The position numbers were made by a program, and so were the translations under genes. Positions 11,443 through 22,720 of a DNA stretch of 64,000 bases are shown here, in pieces; the stretch's first letter is position 1, and each line of letters begins with the position of its first letter. This DNA comes from Camelus ferus. Taxonomy: Eukaryota. The notes beneath the pieces are model-generated. The model was not told the origin of the DNA and searched no databases. It worked only from the letters and a program-made list of their open reading frames with translations. The stretch covers positions 56,112,001 to 56,176,000 of the forward strand of contig NC_045697.1 of NCBI RefSeq assembly GCF_009834535.1, read 5' to 3'.

Positions 11443-13402
11443 GTAAGAGTATGCCTGTGCATCTGCAGGGGCGGTCTGCTTCAGTTGGATCATGTATATG
11501 TATTTCTTCCAATGATTATGAGCAAATGATCTTTTACTTTGCTAATTTATGGAGATTATTTCTCTTCAAGTTTGATTTCTCTCTTCTCAGAATTTTAAAG
11601 CTTCTGGCAATGATGAAAGATTTAATGTAATATTTAAGTGGGTTTACATAATTAATACTCAGTGTCTTAATATTTCGTATTCATTTGGCTTTCAGAAAGT
11701 TTTATTTTCAAACAACTCAAGCCAAAGGATTATTTCTTTGTGTATCACTTTTCTTTGTGTGATTATTGTCCACTACTGCCATTTTCTCTCCATGAAGAAA
11801 AAACAGCACTCTTTACTTGCTATATGAAATTCAGATGCAAACCTTAGATGAGACTTGTTTTGGCATGCTTTTAACTGCCTTTTAAAAATTCTTCAGATGT
11901 AAGTTCAGCCTTATGAACTTCATAGGAAAATGTTTGTAAGCTGACAGAACTTAGTTTACTATGTTGTTTACATATAATTGCTATTACATGCTTGCTTTTA
12001 AGAATTTACAGGCCAATTTTAAACGCATAATAAGTAGTGCCCAAGAACATGACCATTTAGAGATAGAGCCAATACAGAAAGGTCATTTTAAAGCAATTTG
12101 CACTTTGGAGATTCTTTTTCTCTTTTAATTTTTCTTTTAAGTTGAAACTTGATCATGCATGCTTCCTTCTTCATTTGAAAATATCCTCATCTTGCTCCCA
12201 GTATGGTGAGTTGCCCTTTTAAACTTGGATATTTATTGATAGCTTTTTGGAACAGGATAATACTTTATGACAAAGTGAGAAACAGCTTATGAAGAAGAGA
12301 AAATGTTTTCCTTAAAAGAAAACCATCCTTATGAACCTGAATTTGTTTTCAGCATAATATGCACGTGCCAAATAGGTAATGAGAGTTAATGTGTATTAAC
12401 TGAGGAGAAAACCAAATACTAAGAAGTCCCCTGATCCCACTGGTAGCTTTATGTGCATTTTTTTTTTTCTAAATCCACTATATAATGTGAATCAAACTTG
12501 CTCAAGTTTGTTCAGGCTTAACTGTAGATTGACTGTAGATCCAGGGAAACAAAACTAGGGAAATTACCTGTAAATCACATTGACTTTGCCTAATTATTTC
12601 TCTCTGGAAGCACATTGTACCATATTTAAATTTCCTTTTCAGCATCACCTAATATTTGATTGTCATCTACAATTAAGCACATGGTTGTTTTTCCCTGTAA
12701 TCTACAACTCTCTATTCCTTTATATGTATACATAACATTTTATTAAATCAAAATTGTGTTTTGGATATGCTTTTAAGTTTGTCAGGGAAATAAATCATAT
12801 TTTATTTAGGATTGGATTTAAAGCAAAGTTCTAACTAACTTTACCTTAACTCTTCTTTTTGAGCAGTCTTCTTGCTGTAAGGTGAAGATATATGTTATTA
12901 TAGAATCAGAAGCAGAAATTAAATATAATCCCTTGAATATATTTCATTCGTTTTTCTAAAATATTTACTATATAAATCTTAGTATTTCTAAGAATTTGTT
13001 TACTAGTATTGTAAAACAGCATGCTCTATTTGAGTATTTGTTTACATCATTTTAGAGAGTGATATGTGGTAACTTAGCTCAGAATACAATGACCTTTATC
13101 TTCATCCAGATTGATTCAGGGCATAGAGGACCTCTGCATTTAGAGGATATTTTGTGATTGTTGCTGGGATTAAAATATTCTGCAGGTGCTTATCATGAAA
13201 GTGTTTTGGGGAAGTAGTGTTCTGACAGAATTTTTTTTAGTGCAAGCATTTTCTGCATATCTTTCTCTTCCCATACCCTTACTACTTGAGAAGTAGAGGC
13301 CTGCGAGCAGAAGAGGTGAGCTGGAAAGGCTGCCTTGTAGGAAACTTATGTAACTGGATTCTGTCTTGATGCGTCCGTCACCTGCTCTGGTAGGAGAAAC
13401 AA

Positions 13403-13521
13403 AGGCTGTGGGTCATGAAGGTTATAGACTACAGAGCTCCAGAGGGCATTCTGCACAGTGTCGTCTACGTGAATAGTGCCTCTTGGCGTTGTCCCATGTA
13501 CAGATGATATGTGGCTGTTCT
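13403..13521. mobile_element. MER91-like palindromic hAT DNA transposon (MITE) relic
   Basis: ggttatagactacagagctccagagggcattctgcacag...gtgaatagtgcctcttggcgttgtcccatgtaca is an imperfect palindrome matching the recalled MER91A structure. Confidence 0.6.
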
Positions 13522-13779
13522 AGGAGGAATTTCAAATGCCTATAAATAACTTAACTTATTGAATAAATAAATAAATGCAGAAGGTTTTTTATGGAGAAGT
13601 AAAACATCACAGATATCCCCACAATGTTTAAACCTATACATAATGTGTTCATGCAAATGTAAATGTATGTGTGTGTGTATTACATAAAATTCTACCATAG
13701 CTCTGACTCATTCTTTGATTTTAACCTACTGTCCCCAAAACTTTAAGTAGGGATCTTGATGTTCTGGCAATTTGTGATA

Positions 13780-14550
13780 GGCCAAAAATATAGGAATCAT
13801 TCTTGACATCTCCTTCCTACTCACTTCTCAGTTCTCATCCATCACAAAGTATTTATAGAAATTACCACCCAGCTATCTCATAAAAACCATCCATATCTCT
13901 GTTTCCTTTTCCCTCCAGTCTATAAGTGTATCTTATTGGAATTAATTTTTAAATATAATGAATGACTTTGTATATAGTTTCACTTTTTGAACCACGTGAG
14001 TGTATCGCTTCTGCAAACATGCAAATCTGGTCGTTCCACACACCCGTCCTCTAGTCCCCACCTATTCCCAACACACTTATTTTGAACTCTTTAATGATTT
14101 CCTTTAAATAAAGGTTTTAAAGTAGCCTAAGATCCTGCATGGCTTTGCTCCTGTTCTCTCTCTAGACGCATCTTAAACTAGGCTTCCTTTCTTCCCATCT
14201 GCATGAGCCACCCTGGCTCTCTTTTAGTTTCTCAAAGGCAATTTGCTCACTTTCATTACTCGTCCACCTATGATTCTGTTCCTTTCCACAGGGACATTCT
14301 TTTATCTCCATTATGCCCGATTAACTCACACTAATCCTTCAGATCTGTGCTCTGACACCCCTTCCTCAAAAAAGCTGTTCCTGACCCTTGAAGACTGGGT
14401 CAGGCCTCTGTTATTTATTCATATATTTTTCCTTCATAGAATTATGTAGAGTTATGATTTTTTACATGTTTGTTAATTTATTATTTGATTAATAACTCAC
14501 TCCCCACCCTCATTGGACCACATACTCCTTGACAGTAGTGGTATATGTTG
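13780..14550 (+). mobile_element. L2 LINE fragment (3' part)
   Basis: taggaatcattcttgacatctccttcc, atgcaaatctggtc, aagatcctgcatggctttgctcctg, atccttcagatct...ccttcctcaaaaaagctgttcctgacc. Confidence 0.75.
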
Positions 14551-16553
14551 TGTTAAGGAATGAGAAATCAAAAGGCAAGAGGTAAGGAAAATGAATCAAA
14601 AGAGGTAATAGAATGGGCAAAGACACAAAAGAGTACTGTGTTTTAAAATTATTGGTTGATCTCTACCTTTGTATTTATGTGTAGAAAATATCCTTGGTCA
14701 CAGAATTGACAAATACGTCTTTTAAATTAGTGTTTACTTAGTCCTAAGATTTTCAGGCTAAATTTTCAAGTTCTAGGTATTAAATTATATGTGATTGTCA
14801 TATGATATATTAACTACGACAGAGGTCATCTTGGTGATTTTTGTAGACCTCAAAACATCATATCCTGAAACGGGTTTATAGCATAGCCTTATTACATATT
14901 TACATTTGATTATTCAGTGTCTTTGATAGCCAAAATATTTGGGATTTAATTAAGGCTTTAACTATATGAAGCAGCTGAAGTTTGAGTAAACCTGTTGTAA
15001 TGACTATCTTATGTTAATATTTACAGAGTGTTCTAGGAGGTGACCAGGTAGTTGCTGTCAGATCATGTCTATGTGACCTGATATACGTGAAGGGCATGAC
15101 AGACTTGACCCAAGGGCTTTTAGCAACTAAGCCTTCAGGAATCAGAATGCTAGGCAGCTCATTAACATATAGCTTCAACCCAGAAGACAATTAAGAAGCG
15201 ATTAAGGAGTTCCTATCCGTTTAGCAATTTATGATCTATCATTCATGCCCCCTTTTTAAACTTCCTTTAAAGGAATTTGACTACCTTTTCCATATACTCT
15301 GATTTTAAAATGGTAACAAAATACTCTGGTTTCTATTGTATTAACTTAAAATATAGAGTGCCTTTGTTTTTCTAAGGCTTACTTATATATAAGCCTGAAT
15401 TTTCTATGATAAACTGCTTTAAGTATACAAATTTATTTCCTTGAAATGTTCTTTATTTTTAGGAACTAATAATGTATTGAATCCATTTATAGAAGTATGT
15501 TTCCATACTTGCTATTTATTATTATTTCTGATGAAATTCATGCTATTTTTTCCCCTTCAGAGTCATATGAAATTTTTTTTTGAGTACAAAATTGTTAGCA
15601 AAAAAGCCACTTTGGAAGTTTCTGCTTTTTATTGAAGTGAATGTGTTTGACAGAGGTAATTGAGTTCACATGAATCAAATGTTGCCTGCTGAGTTCTCTT
15701 GTGATTATGTTGCTGACTTACTCAGATGCAAGGCAAGACCACTAATCTTCATCAGTTGCTAGTGGAATGAAGTAGTAATTTGAAATTACCCCTAGATGAT
15801 TATAGTTTCACTTATATCAAATGGAGGAAAGAGATTTAGATTGTGGGTCACTGCCAAAACCAGTCAGAGTAAAGAAGGTATATAGTGCATGTTCAAATAC
15901 AGGGTAAGGGGGGTTACATGCCAAGGACTGTGGAGAAAAAGCACTTATTAATTGTCCAACTGGGAGATGATTGCCCAGCAAGGAAAATGTAGTGAAAATA
16001 CTGAGCTCAAGAAAGAGCCTTGACTCAGAAACAATACAGATACTGCAGGGAGCAGTACGTTGATCATTCAAACTTCTGGTGCATATTTCTGTTTGAAACA
16101 AAATTGGCTGGAAATTTTGTTTATTACGTGTTCATGTGATTATACATTGGAGAGTCTAGTTATTTTTAATTAGGCATATTACCAAAAAACATCAAAGGGG
16201 TTGAACTTTTGGTCCTATTTGGTCTGCTCTTTTATGCAACAGAAGGAAACTAATTTTAATTTCAAAATTTTAACAAAACACAGAAATTATGGAAGCACAG
16301 TGTATCAGTGATGTGTGAATGTGTTTGTGTGTGTGTGTCCTAATGCTGCAAACCACCACTAGACAATTAAGTATTTGTCATTTTATCCATATGCAGGTAT
16401 TACACATAAGAATAATAAAAATAGATTTTTTTTTGCCTTTTAACTTCTCCCTTGAATAATTTTGGATTAATTCTATTAAAATGTTAGAGCATGCTCTGCT
16501 TTTTTTGTTTTTTTTTTGCTCTGTTTATTTTTTGCTTTTCTTTTTTTCTAAGT

Positions 16554-16773
16554 CAAGGTTTCTCAACACTAATGCTATTGGTATTTTGGGTCAGACACTT
16601 GTTTGTTGCAGGAAGTCTGGTCCTGTTCACTGTAGGATATTTAACAACTTCCTTGGTCTCTACCCTACTGGATTCAAAAGGCTACTGCACTCCTGATTTT
16701 GATAGTCAAAATTGCCTCCGTACATTGCCAAATGTCCCCTGGGGGCCAAATCTCTCTTAGTTGGGGACCACTA
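16554..16773 (+). mobile_element. MER20 hAT-Charlie DNA transposon, near full length
   Basis: caaggtttctcaac...ttttgggtcaga...gtcctgttcactgtaggatatttaacaac...acattgccaaatgtcccctggggg...agttggggaccacta; ~220 bp with degenerate TIRs. Confidence 0.88.
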
Positions 16774-17005
16774 ATCTATATTTCATCTGCCTATGTGAGC
16801 AGGTATACTGCTAAAACTAAATGTGTTTATAGACTGATTCCTTTTGCAAAAGTGAACATTTTTCTTAGATTTCTGCAGAACAAAGGAAGTGTACCTTTCT
16901 TAAAATTCTGCAGAACGAAGAAGTGTATGTTTTGAAATGTGACTAATTTAACTTGGATATAATGATGTAGGAAATACAGGATATAGGGAAACATGCTGCT
17001 GGCGA

Positions 17006-17235
17006 GAAGTAGCTTACTCTAGGGGTTTAAGCACATAGATTCTGAGCCAGAATGCCTGGTGTCAGATCCTCCCCCTGCATTTATCAGCTCTACCTCCCTG
17101 TCCAAGTGATTGAATCTCTCTGTTCCTTGTTTTCCTCATCTCCACCTACCTCACAGCAATCCAATGACACATTATATGAAAATTATTTGGAATAGTGCCT
17201 AGCAAACTGTACTCATTCAGTAAACATTAGCTATC
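17006..17235 (+). mobile_element. MIR SINE
   Basis: ttaagcacatagattctgagccagaatgcctgg...caagtgattgaatctctctgttccttgttttcctcatct...aatagtgcctagca...agtaaacattagcta. Confidence 0.8.
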
Positions 17236-17469
17236 TTGTATCTCTCATTCAAAGTAAAATTATTTATAGGAGTCTGTGTCTGTCTTTTGGAAAACAAAGG
17301 TTAGCTTCAGCTTAGAAAATTCTCTAGTTTGCTCAAACTAGAGAGTATATTCTTGAGTAGTATCATTTATCCAAGAATAATCTTCCCTTTTTATTTATCA
17401 AGTGATCAAAGCTATGTAAATGTATTAGAACCCTCTTTATAAAGATTTGCTCTCTTGTTCAGTGTTATC

Positions 17470-17755
17470 ACTCATTCTTTAATTTCTTATTGTACTAAGC
17501 ACCGTATTCTATCTGTACAGTTTCTGTATCCTAAGAATGCAGAGAGCTAGGCATACAAACATATGAGTGGACTCACATCTACAGTTACAATTTTTGAGAG
17601 TTGTTATTGGCAGTATGAGTGTACAGATTTAGTTAGGGTGGTAAGGAAACATTTCTCTGAAAAGGTGATGTTTCACATAGACTTGGGAAAAAAGTCATGT
17701 CAAGAGTATGCAGAACATGTATGCTTAACAAGCAGAGGGAGCTTTCAGTGCAGGG
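17470..17755 (-). mobile_element. L2 LINE fragment
   Basis: cactcattc...tactaagcac...ggtggtaaggaaacatttctctgaaaaggtgatgttt...agacttg. Confidence 0.55.
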
Positions 17756-18418
17756 ATCTATTATATTACAGTAATCAATTTGTGTATATCTACTTTCTTT
17801 CTAAAATTGTATTTAAAAATGTATGTGCACGTTAAAATCTGAGAAATAAAAGAGCTGCTACTTCCTCAAATTACCTGCTAAGAGAGGCTATTCACATGCA
17901 TGTTATACTGTCTTAAGGATTGAGAATTCCTAATGATACCTAGGGTCAAATACGTGATATCAAACATGAAACAACTCTATTTATGAGTAGTATTGGTGGA
18001 TGGTGACTTGTAAGTTATCATACCCGTTGAAAGAATAAAAGCCTTTTCTTTTTTAAGAACTTAACATTTCACCAGTCCAGCAATTGTTAGTAACTTGTAA
18101 ATCTTCTGCTGTATATGTATAGTAAAAAAAAAAGAAAAAAGTAGATTTTGCAATAAAGGAAAGGAAATAAAAATATCAAACATTCTATAATCCCTCCTGG
18201 ACAAGTTTATGATCTTGATTTTTTACTCCTACTTTCTCATTCGTGAAAGTATACTTGTGAAAATCTTGAGTCTCCCTTTCCCACCCTTACATGTATACTT
18301 ACATGTTTGTACAAATAAATATTGTACCTCATATTAACAATATTTAATTAACAATATTTAACACATAATGACTACTGTGTACATTTTACTTTGGGTAGGT
18401 CTCTAGGATGTTTTATTA

Positions 18419-18584
18419 CTATTTTTTAATTAATTAATTAATTAATTTCAAAAATTTTGGGGGGAGGCGGTAATAAGGTTATTTATTTACTTATTTACAT
18501 ACTTTAAGGGAGGTACTGGGGATTGAACCCAGGACCTTGTGCATGCTAAGCACACGCTCTACCACTGAGCTACCCCTTCCCCCG
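18419..18584 (-). mobile_element. tRNA-Ala-derived SINE (camelid vic-1-like), young copy
   Basis: Reverse complement GGGGGAAGGGGTAGCTCAGTGGTAGAGCGTGTGCTTAGCATGCACAAGGTCCTGGGTTCAATCCCCAGTACCTCC plus an AT-rich tail. Pol III A and B boxes are intact. Perfect 16-bp TSD CTAGGATGTTTTATTA at 18403-18418 and 18585-18600. Confidence 0.92.
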
Positions 18585-19319
18585 CTAGGATGTTTTATTA
18601 TGATGATGGCACATTGCATATTGTTACTATGCAAAGGAATTGTAGCATTAATGAACTTGAGCTCCATTATGATCAAATGGGTGGAAAATTTATGATTATA
18701 TTCATGTTCAGGTGGTTTGTACTGTACAAAACACTTCTTAATAATAAATATTTATTAAAATGTGATGCACTGGATAAGCTACTTTTATTATAGTAAATTT
18801 ATATAGAACTATAACATATACATTGATATAGAATATAGAAACCTAGAAATAATATAGAAAAATAATTATCAGAAAAAAATGTTTAATGATAAAGGCCATT
18901 ATATATCATCATATATCTGAATTGATATATTCAGAACTGTTGTAAAATCCATGATATTTAAATGTGCTGGGAAATCAAAATGTAGTCCTTCTGTTTTATT
19001 GTTTGCTTCTTTTATCATTTGCTTCAGATAGCAGCAGAAAGATTTTCACAAAGTCCGATAACATAAATCAGCATAGCTCTCAAGGGAAAAGTCATGTATA
19101 CAAAAACATTTAATGTTGAAAACTCATTGAGTGTGATTCAGCATACTTCTCTATGTCTGTTCTCAGATTCTTAAGGGCAAAAAGTTAAAAAAAAAAAGAA
19201 GAATGCAAATGATAAGAATCAAAGTAGCCAACACTGGCATAAAATCATTAAGTAGACTTAAAACCTCAAAATCGATCTGTGGAATCACCAGGAGATTTTT
19301 GTATGCAGTAAATGGAGGG

Positions 19320-19475
19320 CTTTGGGCTTTGAGGTGATACAGCTCTTAGTTTCTCACTCTTCGTTTGGTAGCTGTGTGACTGTAGCCAAATACAAAATCA
19401 GACGGAGCCCAACTTACCTTCTGTGTGAAATGTTAAATAATACAACATACACCTGCAGAGATAGCCTGTTAAGGC
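19320..19475 (+). mobile_element. MIR SINE fragment
   Basis: gggctttgagg...tagctgtgtgactgtagccaaat...ttctgtgtgaaatg...aatacaacatacacctgcagag. Confidence 0.5.
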
Positions 19476-19486
19476 ATCTAAAGTCG

Positions 19487-19647
19487 GCCTACTTCAGGAG
19501 CAGTGCATAGACCTGCAACATCAGCACGACCTGAGAACTTTTGAAATGCAGACTCTCAGGCCTCTCCATTAAAAAGCTGAATCTGAATGTGCATTTTAGC
19601 AAGATCCCTGGCGTTATTTATGTGCGTCTAAGTTTGAGAAGCACTAA
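19487..19647. mobile_element. MER5A hAT-Charlie DNA transposon
   Basis: gcaacatcagcacgacctgagaacttttgaaatgcagactctcaggcc...ctgaatctgaa...gcattttagcaagatccctgg...aagtttgagaagcact. Confidence 0.85.
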
Positions 19648-19669
19648 TATAAAGGACTCTTGGAGTGAA

Positions 19670-19740
19670 TGTTCTTTTCTTCTTTGTGTTACAGATGAGG
19701 AAACTGAGATACAGATAAATTTTAGGACCATGTAGACCTA
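19670..19740 (-). mobile_element. MIR core fragment
   Basis: ttacagatgaggaaactgag. Confidence 0.6.
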
Positions 19741-20259
19741 AGAGCAAGAAGAGACATGTATTTATCCTAATTCCTTTGAATATGTGTTGAAATATTGCAC
19801 TATCCATGTTGTTTCATGACTATTATGCATTAATTACATATTTATCTTCCCCTCCAGATGTTCCTTAATACAGTTTTTGATATAGATTATAATCATGTAA
19901 CTTTTGACAGTATTAGACCTAATGAAAATGTTTTATTTTTACTAATTGCTTCATGACTTTGGAATCCCATATTTACTGTCAATCCTTTCTACTGTTATTA
20001 ATAAACAGTACTGGAAAATTAGGGGGAAGATTGCACTACAATGAAGTAGAGAAAAAAGTACAAATGACACTCATGTCCTAATCACTCAAATTTATGAATT
20101 ACCTATTCATTTTTGGAATTCTTGTCTTTTATCATTGACTTGTAGGAGCTCCTCACGTGAGTTAACATTCCTTCTTACTGAAGAGGCATTATTGAGACCA
20201 ACTTTTATCTCATTCTGCTCTTCTCAATATTTTTTAGTGCAATGCAGTAATTTTAATAA

Positions 20260-20380
20260 TTTAAATTGCTGGACACAAGTATAAGAGATTCTGAATCCAT
20301 TGTGTGGTGCTGGCTGGGTCATCGGTATTTTTTTAAAGCTCCCTAGGTGACTGTGATGTGTAGCTCGGATTAAGGAGTAT
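20260..20380. mobile_element. MER5-family DNA transposon fragment
   Basis: agagattctgaatcca...catcggtatttttttaaagctccctaggtgactgtgatgtgtagc. Confidence 0.7.
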
Positions 20381-20554
20381 TATAGTAGTTAGGATTATGG
20401 TTTGGTGGCTTTTGGTGTCTATTGTAAATTTCCACCCCAATTATCCAGGGAAGGCCACATATTTTGATTCTTGAAGACTGATTTCTTACCCTTATGAAGA
20501 GGCCTTCACTCAAGTCTCTTTTGCTGTCCTTTTGCACAAGGGCCACATTTTACC

Positions 20555-20772
20555 CAGTTACAATGTTGTGCTAGTTTCTGGTGTACAGTATAGTGATTCA
20601 GATATATATATATACATATATATATGTAATATATATATTCATATTCTTCCACATATTGTTTTTTACTATAGGTTATTACAAGCTATTGAATATAGTTCCT
20701 TATAGTGTGCTATACAGTAGGACCTAGTTGTTTATCTATTTTGCATGTAGTAATGGAGTTTGGGATTAGCAG
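20555..20772 (-). mobile_element. L1 3'-UTR fragment (same family as 3637-3843) with short inverted 5' tip
   Basis: ttacaatgttgtgctagtttctggtgtacagtatagtgattcag...tataggttattacaagctattgaatatagttcc...tgtgctatacagtaggacct...ttgtttatctatttt, then sense-oriented ggagtttgggattagcag. Confidence 0.85.
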
Positions 20773-21083
20773 TGCATTCTTGAGGGTACAGCTAGTTCTT
20801 CAAGGTTTCAGACTCTCTGAAGAGCTCCACAATTAGGACCTAAGGCTCTGGCCTTTTCTCCTGGACCCTGGGGCATAGAAGTCCAAGTCGTCCAGTCTCC
20901 CTCATCTGCCCTCAGCCCTCCAGGCCTGCAGAGCAGCAGGATGGAACCAGCTCTAACGGGTAGCATGCCACACTTTGGTTCCCTCTTTGTTTCTGCCCCT
21001 TGTGGATTTCTCTTCCCAGACTTACACAATATATTACTTTCTTAAAATTTCCCCGCATTAAACCCAAACACAGCAAATGAGCC

Positions 21084-21489
21084 TGGTCAAATGACAAAAC
21101 TAAAACAATTTAGTAACGAGTTTGATGTCCTTTATTCAAGACACAATAATTCGTGGACTGGGGGAGTACAGTGCCTCACCAGCAGTTGGGACCCTCTTCC
21201 TGAGGGATTTTGAGCAAGAGTGAGCTTTTTAGTGCTTTAGAAGAGGCAACTTGGAAACAGGCATGATTGGCTAGGAAGTGGGGTTTCCTTACAAGTGGGG
21301 TTTCCTCCTACTTTCTAGAGTAAGGTACGCTAACTAATACTGAGTTGGAGAATTGTCATGGTTATGTTAGGTCTCTTTGACAGGCGTTTCTCATAGTGAA
21401 GGCTGATTTAGGTTTAGATTTGTGACATGTGCTGGGCCACTGAGGCGGTCTCCATTTTGTGAGTCCCGATGTATGAATTAACTTTATCA
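21084..21489 (-). mobile_element. Solo LTR, ERV1-like (family not determined)
   Basis: On the minus strand it starts TGATAAAGTTAATT...AAAATGGAGACCGCC...AAATCTAAACCTAA, then has AGCCAATC (CCAAT), a TATA-like CTAAAAAGC and AATAAA near the end. About 400 bp with the typical LTR order. TSD not clean. Confidence 0.65.
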
Positions 21490-22564
21490 GCCCAGACTTT
21501 GTTCTATTTAATTAAGCATTTCTAGGTGTTCATACCTGGAGCATTTTCAGGTTTTATTAGGCCTTCATGTTATTGGAATCAAAAGCCTTTGGTGAACTAG
21601 TAAACTTTAAACTTTAGTGAGGAGTCGGTAAGTATACAGTGTCCAAATATAAAACTTTTCAATTTTGAAAAACTGTTGCTGGCCAACGGGAAGGTAGAAT
21701 TAGTGAAAGATATATACATCCCTGTCTGAAACACTCCCCACTCACCAAATGCAAAATTCAATGTTATTCATTATATCAGAAATAAAAAGTAGTTTATTTT
21801 TCCAAAGTACATTTCATTTATGTTTTAGTCAACATGTTATTTTACTAAAGATAATAGCTAAAAAAAGTTGAAGTGAAATATTTGTCAAATAAAGTAAATT
21901 TTTTCTTTTAATGACAATTGACATCTTAACATTGTAATGAATATAGAAAAAGTTACCTTTTACTTTTCTTCTTCTGCAGGTAGTGTTAGAATTAAAATGA
22001 TTTGCAGAACATATGGAAAAAATTCCTCCATTTCCTTACATTTTTTCCATATTCTTTTATCAAAATCTCTAAAACTACTCCAACAATAATATTTCTAATA
22101 ATTAATTTAGGTAAAAAGACACCTTGGTTTTGAGAAAGAATTATAAAAGAAACATTTATAAACCTTGGAAATATAAAGTAGTAGGCAAACTGTTTTGTTT
22201 AAAATAATTTTAACATAAAGGATACTAAATGATACCACAAAATTTCATTTTATGTCATCAGCCAACTTAGTAAGTATAATAAATAATTTCATCCTGAATA
22301 AAGTGAGAACAAAAGACACGAGTTTAGAGGTGCTGTATCAGTTCTATTTATTGCAATAATAATAATCATATTTTTCATAGTACCAAAAATGGAGATGTAA
22401 TTCAGACAGAAATCTTTCATAAGCTCTCCGTTACAGCAAAATAAGTGAAACACATGATCCCTTTTTGCAGAAGAAACAGAACTTTAATGGGGGGGGTAAG
22501 ATATTTCAGTTTTAGCATACTCTGTGACTTACCTTAGCTAATCAGGACTTAACATATTAGTTGT

Positions 22565-22720
22565 AAATTTTATGATGAGCAGTAAACTGATAGAGAAATT
22601 GGGGTCCAGGATTTGGAGGTAGGGAGAGCATTCACCTGCCCAGTATCACACACACACCACCACATTTTAGACTTGGGATTAGAATCATATATTTAACTTC
22701 AGATTCTTTGTTCTACTATT
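22565..22720 (-). mobile_element. MIR SINE fragment
   Basis: gatgagcagtaaactga...cacctgcccagtatcacac...gggattagaatc...aacttcagattc. Confidence 0.5.

Noticed and set aside
11145..11529. Overlapping antisense (105 aa) and alternative-frame (63 aa) ORFs
   Set aside because: Shadow ORFs of the GC-richer exon with no recognisable protein features.
10845..11630. 261-aa ORF as a stand-alone gene
   Set aside because: Eph homology begins 22 codons upstream of the ATG at a splice acceptor and ends at the GT donor. It is an internal exon plus intron read-through.
18505..18584. tRNA-Ala(AGC) gene
   Set aside because: The acceptor stem is altered, and a SINE-type tail and TSD are present. It is a SINE, as is 46706-46829.
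20465..20781. attcttga repeats as a TSD for the 20.6-kb L1
   Set aside because: Only ~8 nt match, the first copy is ~80 nt from the L1 end, and there is no poly(T) next to it.
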